64,000 bases of DNA, from the NCBI RefSeq assembly GCF_000315625.1, contig NW_005434565.1, forward strand, positions 24,499-88,498, in the 5' to 3' direction. The notes under the pieces are model-generated. The model saw only the letters and a program-made list of their open reading frames with translations. It searched no databases and was not told where the DNA came from. This stretch comes from Guillardia theta CCMP2712 (Eukaryota; Protista; Cryptophyta). Shown in pieces: positions 1 to 15,000 of the stretch (the first letter of the stretch is position 1; the number at the start of each line of letters is the position of its first letter). The position numbers were made by a program, and so were the translations under genes.

Positions 1-3000
1 AAGATTTTGTTGAAATATTGGAAGAGGATTGAGAGCTTTGTTCTGAAAATTGAAAACTGAACAATAATTTTCTTCAAAGTACGTAAGACTGTCTAGACTC
101 GAACAATTGGCTAATTCAGATAGAAATATACTTGAGAAGTCGTAGAAGAATGCATCATCTAACGACACGATCGCATCTCTCGTGGATGTGTTTGCTAGGT
201 TTGTAGAGTTGCTGGTGGAGTTCAAGTAAAGACTAAGTGTCAAGTGGTCACCGATTCCCTCACTTAACAAGCAATGAAGTTCCCTGTCTGAAATCCAAGC
301 AGTAGACAAACACAAAGTTGATCCAATTGCCAACACATTGTCTCTAGTGAAAGAGATTCCCCGTACGGTTAGAAGCATTCTCCCTGTCATCGCCCCATTG
401 GTGTTTTCCAACAGGATTGGGATCCATGTAACTGACTGATTGCCAACTTCGATCGTGTATCGATTCTCCTTGAGCTAATCAAATACTTCAGTTTTGAACA
501 AGAAAACGATCAATGTCACCGTGAAAGGCTTCTTACATAAGACAGAAGAATCAGACTCCCAATTCACTGCTTGGCAAATCACGTTCTCAACCTTTGACTG
601 ATGAAACATTAGCAACAAGAAAACAAAAAAACCGTTGTACCTGGGGTGTGTAATCGGCAAAGCCAAAGCCTTTGCCTACAACAGTGATAGTGTCTCCAGG
701 CTTTGAACTAGGTTGAGCCAAGAGGGATTCTATCGCTAACTCATAAGAAAGAGGGAAAAGCTCAGTTTTAAGTCGAACGCCTGAAGTGAATTGTAGTACA
801 TTGATCTTTCCAACACCATCTGCCACTTTACACAGAATCTGCGAAGTATTTTGCCAAAGAGTGCTCCGAGAGCTTGTCGAAACCAAGCGTGCACGAGGAG
901 TATAGTCTACCAACTCTGGAATTTGTTGGAACGCAAAGACGTACCAATCATTTGAATTCGGAGATATGGTAGAAAGTTTTGCTGACGACACTACGATACT
1001 ATCATAGGTAATCGCATTTGAAAGTTGCCCGATACTGTTTGCAACTGTTACAAATGTATTCATGGATTGAGATGTACTGCTTTTCCATGGTCTGCAAGGA
1101 ATTGACGATGACGATGTCCATCTCGAGTTTTCACATGCTGTCAGACCTATTCTCACCTTGAAAGAATGCTGTAATCCACAGCTGAACCCTGAGAATTCAA
1201 AATTGATGCTGTACGCGAGCAACGGGATATTTGTCTTTTTCAATGAGCTAGTGCTGAGTGACACGGAATCATAAGTGAACGTAGCCAATCTTGAAGTTGA
1301 AAAAGATGACAAGAGAATGTCCGTATATCTTTTGTTGTTCTGATCTACCCAACTAAGATGTTCAGGACTGAGAAGAGTTATTGTAGTTCCTAAATCTGAT
1401 CCAACAGACTGGGCTACCATGCATGTCAGGGAAGATACAGAAATCCAGTACGATTGCAGACAGGATGATTCTCCTATTCGAATGCTCGCATTGTATGACT
1501 GTGCACCCATGTTCTGTCCTGACAGTATCACAACACTCTTTTCAGAGGTGCACGATGATGCCAAGTTAGAGATACTAGTACTGCGGACCACAGGAGAGTC
1601 ATAACTCAGTGCATTCGTGAGAAGACTTTCTTGTGCTCCTGCCAACACGCGAATATCCTGGAACTGGTACATTCCTGGTGGGGTGGAACAGAGTATTTCT
1701 GAATCTGATGACCATGGTAAGCATGATCCAAGCGAATCTCCAATTTTGACGGAACAATCATTGTCTTTACAAGCATGAAAATGACCTGCTAATGTTAAAG
1801 TGACTTGACCAGTCATAGGTATATTTGAAGGGGAAATTTTTTGTATATGATTCCATGCACCATCATAGGATAGAACGTGGCTGAGCGTCGAGACTTTGAT
1901 TCCAACAGTTGCTATGACATCAAGAAAATCAAGTTGTCCAGCAGGAATCGTTGTGTATATGGATGATTCAGAGATCCAAGCGCTCATCTCTGCTGCAGTA
2001 TGATGAATTCTGCAACGAATTGAAGGATCAAAGATTAGGAATCCTGATCCCCAAAGAGTGATATTATGACCGTTTTGGATGGTTTGGCATGATACACTCT
2101 GAAGCTTTGGTAGGGAGTAGGTAAAACTTGACTTTGCTGTTCCTGGTCTCACACCAGAAGTCACAATCAAAGCTACAGATCCTGAAGAGATTGATTCCGG
2201 AGACATTGCACCCCCGTATTCAGAATACAGTGAAACAGGAGAAAACCCAGACGGAATGGATGCTCTGACTGAGGTCAGAGAGAACCAAATTGTTCCCTCA
2301 CATGAAGACATTCCGAGCCTCTGGGAGGGTGAGAAGTCGCTAGATCCTATATTCTGACCCACCACTTCAACTTGAATACTTCCAGTGCAAGGACCATTTA
2401 GAGCCAGCTTGGATGAAAAATAAGTTTCGTCAAGATTTGGAATGTCAAAACTAATCTGATCTGTAACGGTGCAAACTTGGATGGCTACTGTTGCATGAAT
2501 ATGTGTTGTAGCAGCGACTCCATAGGAAGTGGTGGATGCTATGGATGTGTCTGAAAGCCACACTGAGGCTTCGTTCGCTGTGTTTCCAATTGATGAGACA
2601 ACAGATAAATCTCTGTCGTGCAAACGAAATCCAAACAATGTTAGAGCTTTACCTGAGTTTCGAACATTTGCAACTCTTACTGAAGTTAGAAGTGGTAAAT
2701 CAAATGACAGCAGGTCAGAGGTGGATCCCGCATGTGCATTCGTGAGGATCAATGATAATGACGAAGGTGAAGCTTGGTGATATTTTCCCGCAATTGAAGT
2801 CTCAGATATCCATTCACTTTTCTCCGAAGCAGTTCCTGGAGAGATCCGCAAAGCAAGGGAGTTGTCGTAATGTGAAAAATGAATTCCAGTTACCGAAAGA
2901 CCGGGAATCCAAGAATCCATTTTGTTGTATGACACAGTTGATATTTGAGCCCGCTCCAAGGAAAAAGCGAAACTTGCAGTGCTGAATGATTGCGATGCAG

Positions 3001-6000
3001 TAACAAAAAGACTTGTTGGACGATTTTTGGTGCTGATTGACAGCCTTTTGACTTCTACTTGAGTTTCAGAATTCCATAAGGTTGCTTCTGCTGAGCTCAT
3101 TGCCGACCTTGCAGAAAAAGACAAATCAAAATAGCCTGCATTTCGTACCACGAAATATGATTCGATTATTTTCTCGTTATGTACTGACGAGTCTCCTCGA
3201 GTCTGAGATACAGCAATAGCATCATAAGTCCCTATCTCAGTGACGGTGCCGATCAGATCTGATGCCGTCAGCGATACTTTGAGGTGTTTCAAAGCTGTAG
3301 CTGCAGACGTGCACAGCAACGAAGTTTCAGACATCCAAAATGTGAGTTCCATGCAAGTCCACCCGAGCTTGCTATTCTGTGACAGGGAATTCATTCCAAG
3401 AGAGCTTCCAACAAGCGTGAGCATGATTGATCCAGTCGCTGGATAATTATTCCGGTCAAGACGAGAAGAGCTCGGCTTGAGATAACTGACTGCTTGAGTG
3501 ACACTCCCCACGTTCAAGTTTAGTGTGACTCGAAGTGATTGCGAGCCGCGTTGTCCACTTGCAGTCTTTGACGTGATGGCTGTATCAGACAACCAAGAAA
3601 ATGATTCTGAAGCAGTTGAACCCTCTGAGCTGGAATGAGTTGTGTCATATCTTGCAAAATTCTGTCCGATAATTGATATCCTTATAGATGACGTAGCGGG
3701 GATGTTACATGTTACACCAAGTCCCGATAAAGAGGGCACAGAATAACTGAATGCCCAAGAAAACGTGTTCCAAAGCTGCTGTTGGAGGTTTACAGTCAAC
3801 ACAACAGATCCAGAATCACGAAGAAAGGAATAATCATTCTCAAAGTTCAATCCTGAAGGCACCAGACAAACAAGAGATGATGACGACAACCACCTCGATT
3901 CCGAACAAGTTGTCCTTCCAACCCTACCTGATTGACAAGAGTCGACATTTCCAAAGTTCATGCCAACAAATGTCTGAAGAAATGTCAGAACATGAGGTTC
4001 AAATCATTTGATCTCACCAAGCTAAATTTTTCAACCGAAGAGGTCCCTCGCGGTGGCGCATTTGTTGGGAATATTTGCAAGATTCTTGGATATCCATCGA
4101 AGGAAAATGCATAGGTGATTGTAGACTGGGCCATCCATAATGTTGAGATGATAGAATTTCGATCGCCAACTCCGTATGGAATATGACAAACAAGTTGAGA
4201 GTCTGAGTTCCATCTTGTGTACTCGCAGGCAGTGCTCGCCGTATAGTCATGTTCACAATATTTCACAAACTCAGGTCCGTACCATCGCGACCAATCACTC
4301 TGAGGAGCCAAACAACCACCCACTCGGGCTTGTGCTGTCACGTCATAAGCTCCATAATCGACACCATTGAGTAGGATACTTCGAGAAATCCCCATAGGAC
4401 CATTTGACATGACACTGGACATGGTGGGGAAGTCAATTGAAAAGGCTTTGCTCAGGGTATCTTTCAAAACGGCAAGAGTCAACAAAAGAGGGAATTTCGA
4501 ACGATCAGTGATCCTTGAGCCTGGTGGCTTGCCAATCAAGGAAGTATAAGATAACCACAGTGTGCTCTCTGCTGCTGTCTATAAAACATATGTCATGAAC
4601 GAAAGAACGAGTATCAGCTTACCTTTTCAAATCGAGCCCGTGAAGTTCCATCATACCTAAGAAAATTTGAACCATAAACTTCAGAGCACGTGGATTTTGT
4701 GTAAGAAGGGGCATTCGCAAAGCAAACAAAACTAGCATTATGTATGGGAAGCAAAGAGCTAGAAAAGCTAGTACTACAAGACGATGAATTCCATTGAATG
4801 CTAGACATGATTGGAGAGTCGAACGAGAATGCCAACGAAAATGTTGAAGACATTGCAATAGAGCTTAAAGCAAACGATGCAGAACCTTGCAGAAAATCTC
4901 CGAAACTACATGTTAAGCTTGTGTCTGAAATCCATCTGGTCGATGGAGAGCTGGTAAATCCAGTTCTCGATGACAACGTTCGTGAAAAGAAGCCAATACT
5001 CACACCTGAAATATAGGTTTCATTCGAAGCTTGTATTCCTGTATTGAAACGGGCTTGTTGATAGCCATTGAGAACTAATATGTCGAAGGAAAAGAACGAA
5101 GATAATGTACCAATCTAAAATGCAAAGTCAGTCCAACGATTCACTTTTGTAGTTACTTTATGTATTACCTGTTGAACAAACATGGGTACTGAAATGGGGT
5201 AAATTCCTCCACTTCCCGTCGTCAAAGAAAAAGCATGTGAGCCTGACACACCTTGCGAAGATCTTGCTGTAAATTGCGTATCCGACAACCAAATTGTACG
5301 TAATGTACTTGTTGTGCCGATCCGCAATTGCATCGAAGCGGAATAGACACCATAATTCTTGCCCATGATGGTGAAAGCTTGAGACGAAATACTTGGAACA
5401 TTGACCAGGCTCGATGCACTGGCCGAAGGCTTATCGTAGGAGAAGATCAGACTTGAAGTTCCGATCTGGTAACTTATGTTCGCTTGTATCTCAAGTGCTG
5501 ATCGATGCCCGGGAACAAGATTTCCTACAAGGATAGTATCTGATGTCCAAGTAGATGCCAAAGCTGTTGTTGCACCAATTCCAAAAAATGTAGAATCTCC
5601 TGATAAGCATTCAGCCAACAAACTTTGGTCAAGTGGATTGCGATATCGTATACACTTGTCATAATACCATCCAACGTTTGTAGTACCAAAGTTTGAACCA
5701 ATTATGTTGACCTGCCTGACATTTTGTATTCGAGGGGGTCCATTCATTGTGGAGTTTATTGACACCTTGACGGCAGGCTTGTCAAAGTAAAAAGAGTTGA
5801 CCAAGTCTTTGGAAAGCTCTACTTCGATGTTGATTATGGATAAGAGGACAGCTTTGACAGTACCTACTCCCGGAGGACTATACATGAAAACAGTACTATC
5901 AGAATTCCAAACTGACGCATTTGCAGTCGTTGGTCCGATTCTGGCCGATAATTTTGTGGTGACAAGACCGAATTGTTCGCCAAGAAAAGTGACCGTGACT

Positions 6001-9000
6001 CCTCCTGTTGTTGGAGAATTCTTTGGAACGACTCCCGTGACTTTGGGTGCGTTGTAGATAAAGGTAGCATTTCGAGAAACATTGTACGATTGACCTACAA
6101 ATGCAACCACGTCGACTGAAACTTTACGACCAATTCTTGGAACCTTGCAAATTGCAGAGCTATCTGATAACCATGAGGTGTATTCACAATCTCTTGGAGG
6201 GTCAGTATCTCTAGCAATGAATTGCACATTCATCGAATTGTCATATGTTCCAAAATTTCCACCAGATACTGTTGAAACAAATCCTCCAGCAGTCCCTCCA
6301 TTCCTCGGCACGATAGCAGATATGAACGGATACTCATAACGAAACAACTTTGCTCGTGTCAAAACAAAATCGTCAATAATTGTTATTCCTACAGAGTGAT
6401 AGCAATTCATTGGTGTGTCTGGACACACCGGAGCGTCATTTATTCCTGCTGCTACCTTAAGTGTTATGATAGTATCGGAGGTCCAACGGGACAATTCGCA
6501 CAACGTTGATCCAATTTTGAGCTTTGGTGAGTAATCTGTAGATCCAAAATGATTTGTGTTTAAAAAAATCAAATCTTTGCCAACAGTCAATGCCGAATTC
6601 GGTTGTAAAAGAAATACGGAAGGCTGCCTGTAGCTGAAGGACCCTATCAAGATAGAGGACCGTACTGAGCAAAGGATGGGAAGAATTGTGACCTCACCGA
6701 TTGTTTGAAGGTGAACTCGAAATTGTTGGACAGAGACAGAGGATAATAGATCGAATGACAAACTGATTTTTGTCTCTCTGGGAACAAATGACCATTCGCT
6801 GACAATCAGTTCTAACGTTCCGTCCACCTTTCGCCAAATTCCAGAGTCCCATGCTCCGCCTTGGCCAACAAAAAAACCTGCACCTGAACCTGGCAATCGT
6901 GCTGGTGACAAAATCTTGATTGGAAACTTTGGGTTATCCGGATCTTGAAATCCGACAAGACCAGAAATCAGCAAGCTAGTTCCATAATTCCATATTACGT
7001 TTGACATGAATGTTATGGTGAAAGTGACAATAGTAGATCGTTTGTCCGTATTCCACTCCAAATTTGCATACTCGAAGGCTGGGACTTTCAGAGAACACAA
7101 GCATGATCGATTACAAGGAAGGGCATCCGATGAAGAAGTCAGAATAAATGAATTCACATTGAAAGGATAATACTGTGAAATCAGAAACGACTTGCAGCTG
7201 GATGCGTTGGGATTGAGTATACTGAATGAAAATGTTGCATTCTCAAATAAAGCATGACCATCTCTCAGGACGACAAGCAGCGTGCCCTCATTCTGCTTCC
7301 AAGTTGTCTTTGCAGAATCAAACAAGCCAGCATGTTTGCCTTCAAGCAATAGTCTCCATGCTTTACAGTCTCCTTCAGGTTTGGAGCATGGAACATCTTC
7401 CGTGAGAAAGTTTGTGAAACCTTGCAGTAGGAATTGAGCTCCAGGCTCAAGCATGAAGTTCCCAGCAATGGTGACCGAGAAGTTATTGTACCCAGAGGTG
7501 ACCTCAGAGCTCCAAGAAATTAAGGAAGAGGTCAAAGAAGCGTTTTCAATCGGTGAAACTTTTGAAGGAATTGTAGCATTAAAATTCATCGCCCCGTACG
7601 ACGAGATCTACGAAAAATCAGCATCAGTATCACAAAGAAACTACGTTTGAGCTTACCGTTAAATTGTCAACCACTTCAAAACCAGGATAAGGATTCCGGA
7701 GTTCAAACCAAAGGGAAATCATTTGATCCTGATCGATTGAGTGACCTTCTAACAAGACGAAGGAAAGAGCATATTCTTTATCCGAGAACGATACATCCCC
7801 GAAAATTGATGAGGCAGGGTTGACCAAAAGAATTTTGCTGTTGTTTCGCAACATCTCAAAACCAAGGAGCGGGTGCAGCACAAAATTAGTTGGACCATAA
7901 AGAAGTGAGTTAACAGCGAAAGTGAGTTTCAAAATAGTTGCTGAGGAAAACACTCGGTTTGAACTTTCGAGTGAAATATAACTGAACGAAAGACTTGCAT
8001 CAATCTTTGATATTTGACCTGTCATTTGCTGCCGATCGATCGATTGCGGACTGTTTGAGGAAACATAGGTGGTGAGAGGTTCAACCATGTACATTGAATT
8101 GAGAAGGGTGAACGAAAATTGGAGAACCTCCAGAGGATAAATCTCAATATCATTTTTGAGATAAACGATCAGAATGCCTTTGTTTCTATTCCAGTCTACC
8201 ATGGCAATACTATCTTTTGATTGACCACCTGTATGGAAAATTTCCTCAGACTGAAAGTTTGTCAACCCAGTGATAGTAAACGCAAAACAAAATGAGGCGC
8301 TTGAACAACTGTGGTCTCGTACGTCAAAATTGATGCTCAAGGTCACAAATATGGTGTTCCATCCACCAAGAACATTCGACGTGGTATACACACTTGCAGT
8401 CACAAATGATGGTGGGCCTATTGGTTCGATTTGAGCTATTTCAAAATTTGTCTTTTGAAATGGAAGAACTCCGTCGACAGCAACGCTGACAATCCTTGAA
8501 CCTCCAATTCTTCCAGTTTGAACTACATCAATCATGAATACAAATTCACTTGGGGAAGGCGAAATTGTTTGTCCAGCCTTCAGCGCTACGAAAAAGTTTC
8601 CGTCTGAAAACGAGGCAGAATTATCATCCAAATAATAGTTGTTTGTCATGATGACTACGCTCCCAATAGAAACCAATATGGGCATTGCTGGAATTTCCTT
8701 CTTCAGAGTGGCCAGCTTCGTCTTGCCGAAATAAGATTGAATTGAAAATCTCCAGAAAGGTTGGTTGGTGTCATTGAAGAGGATTAGAAGTATCATGCCC
8801 GTGTATGCTCCATCGACTGATGAAGCGGTTGCATCCAAAGTGACCAGTGCACTTCCGTTTGAAAACTGTGCTGTACCACTGTACACTGACTCCCAAATCT
8901 TACTTTGTATTGTAGAACTATTGCGCTGATTGAACTCGAAACCGTCCAAGCCCTCTATGATTATTCTTGCCGGGGAGACAAGGAGTGCATTGAAAACAAG

Positions 9001-12000
9001 TGTGACCGAAATATATGTAGAAGTATTGTAAACCTGAGGCGAAGTGGTGATCTCAGAAACCAAAAACTTTGGGAGCGTGTCAGTCTTTAAGACCAGTCCA
9101 ATCATTGTCTGTTCGGCGATGAAGATCACTCCAGAGCCTCGACCCGAGGATGAAATCAAAACTTTGGATCCATCCTGCAAATAGTGTCAGAGGAAAGCAA
9201 TATTGAGCACAGAAAGATTACATTCAGCTTGTAAGGATTTCGAATCTGAAATGAAAAGATCGTAGGAGTTTGAACGGTAAGGGTTCGTGATCCGACAAAG
9301 CTAAGAGTGACGTTTCCAGCCTCCTCGTTCCAACTTGCATGACTGCTTGTAAAAGTGCCAGCGTTCGGACCAGCCAAATCAAGATACTCCCCAGAAATGT
9401 TTGCCGTCTTGAATCCAGCATCTTTGAATCCTGACAGTGTTATTTCGCTGGGTGCTCCGATCGTCGCAGTTGCTGCAAGAGACACAGTTATTGTAGTGAT
9501 TGCTCCAGCAACACTCGACGAAGATGAGATGTTCTTCATCCAAAAGTAAGGCTGGAATTTACCATTAAGAAGTGAGCAGCACGACGTAGAATATTCATTG
9601 CAGCATGGAAGAGTCGACGCGTCAAATGTGCATGCAAGTATCGATCTTCCCATCTCATCCACATCAAACGTTTCCATGTTCATGCACTCTCTTTCAATTG
9701 GCATGTAACCATCAGAAAATTTGGTAAGATTTCGAAGCGGCGCATCCCAGCTTCCATCCACAGTGCTCTCAATGTAAGCAATTGCCTTGAGGTTTTCCAC
9801 TTCACTGTTCCTCAATTGAAACGAAAGCACTGTTGCTATATCTGACCGCATTCTTTTGTCCTTGCCAATGGTTAGAATGATTGTGCCTGCGTCGACATTC
9901 CATGGGGCCAGTCGAACGAAAATTTGGTCTCCTTGCGATATTTCAATGAGCGATGAAGGCGTACTTGAACCATATAGCCCCGAAATAGTAATTTTTTCAC
10001 CTGGAAGCAAATCACCATTTGGCAACAAAGTGACTGTTAATAAAGTTGTGGCATAGCTGACAGAAGAGCTTGATGCAATGTCCTTGATCAAAAACTTCGG
10101 ATAAGAATTGGACGGTAGAATCGAATTTTTAGCTATTGTTTTTGGGATCGCAACAGTACTCGTATTTAAAGCAATGGAGACATATTGTTGAGAGATAGCT
10201 AGATCATTGTTCCTGAGAGAGAAATCGAAGGAAATCACTCTTGAAACTCGAAGAACCTCCGCGCTGTTGGCCCAATAAAGTCCAACACAATTTTCTAATC
10301 CTCCAGGTGTTGCAGAGGATTTACCCACCAAGAAACTGAGCTGAACTCCTCCACTGCATTCGAAGTAGATCGAGTTCGCTTCGTCGAAGCACAGCAAGAC
10401 CCAGTCAACCACTCCCGAATAATACCCACTTCCTACAGTTTCAACGGTCACCTTCGATAGCGAACCGTTGGGAAATGCAGAAAACGAAGCAGCAAACCCA
10501 CTGCCGACATTCAAGGTAGACAACTGCAATCTCCCAGTAGATGTTAAGTTCGCACCAGCATTGACTATGATAACTTCTTCAATGCCAGATCCACATCGAC
10601 AAGACGTATCATTTGTGACTAGGACTGGTTTCGATAGGTAGTCCTGACCATTCTTGGTGAGTCGCACATTCAAGATAGCACCGTCTGATACTTCATAGAA
10701 ACCTTCAAACCCCGAACCATGTGGTTCAACAGCAGATAAAGTCCCAGGAAATGAACATCCATGCATGTAGAAGGAAGTCAAATCATTCTGAACATATACT
10801 TTCGTAATGGTGTATGTCATGCTGACATCCTTGTTTGCAAAGTAGAAATCAAATGAGAAGTCGGCAAAGTACCCATAACCTGCACTGAGAATGTTGATCA
10901 ACTTGATAGATCCTTCTGGGTTTACCACAAAATCAGCTCGAAATCCCCGGCCGCTGGCATTGTGGATGTGAAGCCTTCCATCCTCATACCCCCAGCCCGG
11001 GCTTGCGATTATCAATTCGTCCAGATTTCCGACACCCTTGATAGTACTTCCTGTATTGAGATTGCACGTAATGCTCCCTGACTGCTGATTCCAGGCTGCA
11101 AGCGAGTTCGTGAAAAGGGATGCATTTGCACCATTCAAAAGAATCGATGTCGAATCCACACTTTCAATGCCTTGAATTCCTTCCACAGCTAAAACAGCGG
11201 GGCCTTCTATGTCAACGTTTGTTGATAGATAGACAGTGAAGGTATTGACACCAAATCTTACGTTGGAATTTGATTTCACATTTGTATAGGGAAATGAAGG
11301 ATAGGAATCTGCGAGTAATGCAAACCCGTTCATGCTCTGTATCTCAAAATTAAGAAAACCAGTTGCACTGATCGAAGGCGTCAATGCAGCTTGTGCATTA
11401 CGACTATTCCGCAGTCTGATCTCAAATACAATCACAGTACCCGAGCGGATTTTAGTGTTTGAAGATAACATGAGTGATCCGTCCAACGGCAAACAAATTC
11501 TCTGACCATTTGCTGGCATTGGAGTACATCCTGCTAGTGGTAACCATACAGCCTTTCCAGGAGAAGAAACATGCACAGCATAATCTTGCCCTGTCGAAAT
11601 TATGTACTCAGGCTCATTGTATATGCTGAACCCAGCTTGGACAACTGTGAAAGCGGTGTCTATATACAACGTACAACTTTGAAGAGAGATGATCTGAACG
11701 ATTTGCCTTGACTCATTTTTTATGTTGATGTAATATCCCAACTTCACACAGTCACAGGCATCCAATTTGATATTCCGCGGATTGGTGTCTAGAATTCCCT
11801 TGACTGTCCCATTACAGAGTAACCCATACGTTTTGTTGGTCATGTTGATGAAATATGACGACGTGAAAATCGATGAAGCGGGCCCCAGCAGTTCAAGCTC
11901 GAGGTTCTGTACTGTTGTTGAACCCTTCAGACCTGAGATAGTGACGTTAGTTCCAGGTTCCATGTCAGCATTCGGTCGGAACTCGAAACGAAGAGTTGTC

Positions 12001-15000
12001 AGGCCGTACAGAACAGGCGACGAGAAGTTGACAAAGGTATAATCAAATCTGGGTGCGATAGTAGAGTTGAGCGCAAACCCGTCCATCCTCTTTGGTGAGA
12101 TAGGAGTTCTGCCTTGTAACCAGATGACAGGAATGATAGGAGGCTGTTTTGTCAAAGGATTCTTGATTTCAAAGGATATCTCAAGCAAATACCCTGCAGT
12201 CAGTCGTGCCCCAGGAGCAAGCGAAAGATTGAGTCTCCCGTAACTTTGATTCCATGAAGCAGTCATGTTTCTGAACAGAATTGCGTCTTTCCCAGAAAGC
12301 GGTAGATTATCAGAACTTGCTGTCGGACTCTTCAAGAATCCATCAATGATGAAGTTCGAAGAACCCAAAGGGCTATAGTAGGGTAAATTTGAGTCAGTCT
12401 GAAATCCCATGATAAACGTATCGATTGCAATTCTTACGACGTGGACGTTTGCTCCTCCAATAACCTGTATGGAATCGATGATGCTCACGAGTAGAAAGGA
12501 AGCAAACGAGCTTGATTGCAACAAGCCTCCATAAGAAGATTGCATCTGCAGTACTACGTCTTTTTCCACTCCGACGCCATTTGATACTGCGCAGATCATG
12601 CTGGTGTCGCTCGACCATCGAGAGTACTGGCAGAAAGTTCCCCCGACTGAAATCAGCGAGGACGTGTCATATTCACCCAACGCCGATCCAAATAACGTGA
12701 TCTCGGCGGCCGATGGAAGAGCCGAAGGAGGTCTTTCGGGAGGAACGATTTTTTGGAGCACTGCCGCATCATATGTGAAGATTTCAGACAAAGATCTGTA
12801 CTGTTCAGCAACAGTTGCAGTCACAATCAGATAGTAATCGTGCCCTGCACAAAGCTTTGCAACGGTCGACGAGTCAGAGATCCATGCAGTCAGCTGTGCT
12901 GAGCTGCGACCAACGCGAGTCCGAGGACTTTGATCAAAACTTGACAAGCTGCTTCCGTCGAAGGTGATATAGGCTTCTCCTCTTGTCGCTGAGTTCGATC
13001 CAGGAGAGTTTCCATCAAGTTGAGTTTGATCCGAGCAATTTAAAAGCCATCTTTCCCAAAGCGTTGCAGGCAGAAGCTCAAGTACTGCTGATTGAGAACT
13101 CCAATTGGTTGATAGAAAGAAATTGTACCAATAGGAATTATTGCACGACCCTTCCGTAGTAGAATTTAGACAGGTAGATGCAGCAATCTGATTGACAACT
13201 TGCTCTTGAATACATGATTCATTCACATATTGAAGCGTGTAGTTCCATATAGTCCCATTTGATGATTTCAAGACCGCGACATCATATGAGACTGTTCGCG
13301 ATTGCGTGTAATACAACTGATTCATACTTGCCGTCAATTTCCAGTTCCTTCCTATCCCACGAGCAAAGTAGCAATTGATCCTGCAAAAAACATTCAACGT
13401 GAGCCGATGCGTGAAGGAAAGTACCTGGTATCTGAAGTCCACAGCGTGTGTGATGCAGATGTCCCATCAACGCGAAGTCCAAGAGAATACAAACTAGTTC
13501 CAAAGTTGCTTGCAGAAATTGAGATCCCACCCGCTTGCGAGATGTTCGGCTTGCTCCCCAAGGTAGGTATGTTACTTGGAGAAATCAAGGAAAAGGCGGG
13601 GGAGTCATAAGAGAAGAGCTGAGACGTTGTTGAAATTTGGAGATCTGAGGTGATTCTAACTTGAGAGAAAAGCACGGGATTCAACCCTGCAGGAACTTTG
13701 CCATAGATGACGATATCACTCCTCCATAGGGTAAACTCACTGGCAGTCTTATGAAGATTGCTTTTCAGACTGTTTGCATGTGACCCTAAGTTTGAACCGA
13801 AAATAAGGAATGGATTTCCTCCTTCGCAGGGGAAGTTTGGAATCATTTCAGGCAGAGAAGGAGCAGTGAACACATCATGGGCGTGTGAGACGAACTGTGC
13901 ACTTGGAAGATCGTATGAGAAAACTTGACAAGCGGAGCCTCCACCTCTTGAAATTCCTTGAATTGTGATAGAAAAGTCAACTCCTGATCCACTTCCCTGA
14001 GCGACTTTGACAAGGATGAAAGTGTCAGAAATCCACGCGGTGGAATGTGCGACGGTACCAAGGCTTGCCCTGGGTGAGCTGTCAACTATGCCTCCAGATA
14101 TTAAGATTATGGCCCCGTAAACGTTCCCTAGCGCAGGAGAATTGATACCTGGAACGATATGTGCGTATGAATCATTGTGTGATTGTGGATCAAGAAGAGA
14201 AAGCAGCGTCAGGGTGTCTTGAATGCTCGCAACATCATACGAGAATGCGCTGAAGAACGTGGCCCTTTGGTTTGCGATCGTGAGTTGAAGGTCCAGATTG
14301 TCGGATAGACCAAAACTTGGCTTTACCCATATTATCGAGTCCGATATCCAATGGGTGGCTGAAGCTGCGGTCAACCCAACGCGAACAGAGGCTGATGAAT
14401 CGAATGAGCCATATTTCGATCCTGGCAGACTGAGCAGAATGCGATGCTCGTCAGGGCCAATATTCTGTTGAGAGGCCGCGGTGCTTCCGGCAGAAACGTT
14501 CAGTTCGGAGGAGTTAAGTGTTCCTCCGTAGGTGAACAGAGCACGTTCGTAGCGAGTGTACTTCCCATAGGCGGAGAGCTGGCTAAGATGTTTGCAAAAG
14601 TCTGCATGTCCTCCTGTCATGAGATCCGTCAGCGACTGAGCATCAATGTCCCCTGAACTCAGAGAGGCGAGATAGCAGGAAATGTTGGACTGCAATGACG
14701 AGCCAACAGTGACCGCGATTGTCAAGTCCTGGCCCACGCCAGATGAAACTTTGCAGGTCAAACTTGAATCAGAGAAATAAAAGGTGAATTCGCATGGTGT
14801 CAAGCCGATGCTGGCCTTGGGTGTGCTCGAGAAGAAGCCAAAGGAACTTCCAGTCAGTTCAACTTCTTGGTGTGAAGATACTACTCTTGTTGAGTTCAGG
14901 ACGACTGGAGCATGATAAGTGAAGGCAGACGAGAGATATCCTGTTTGATTGCCTACATCGACCTTGACAATCAACGAGTGTCCCGTACCCTCAACAGTCT

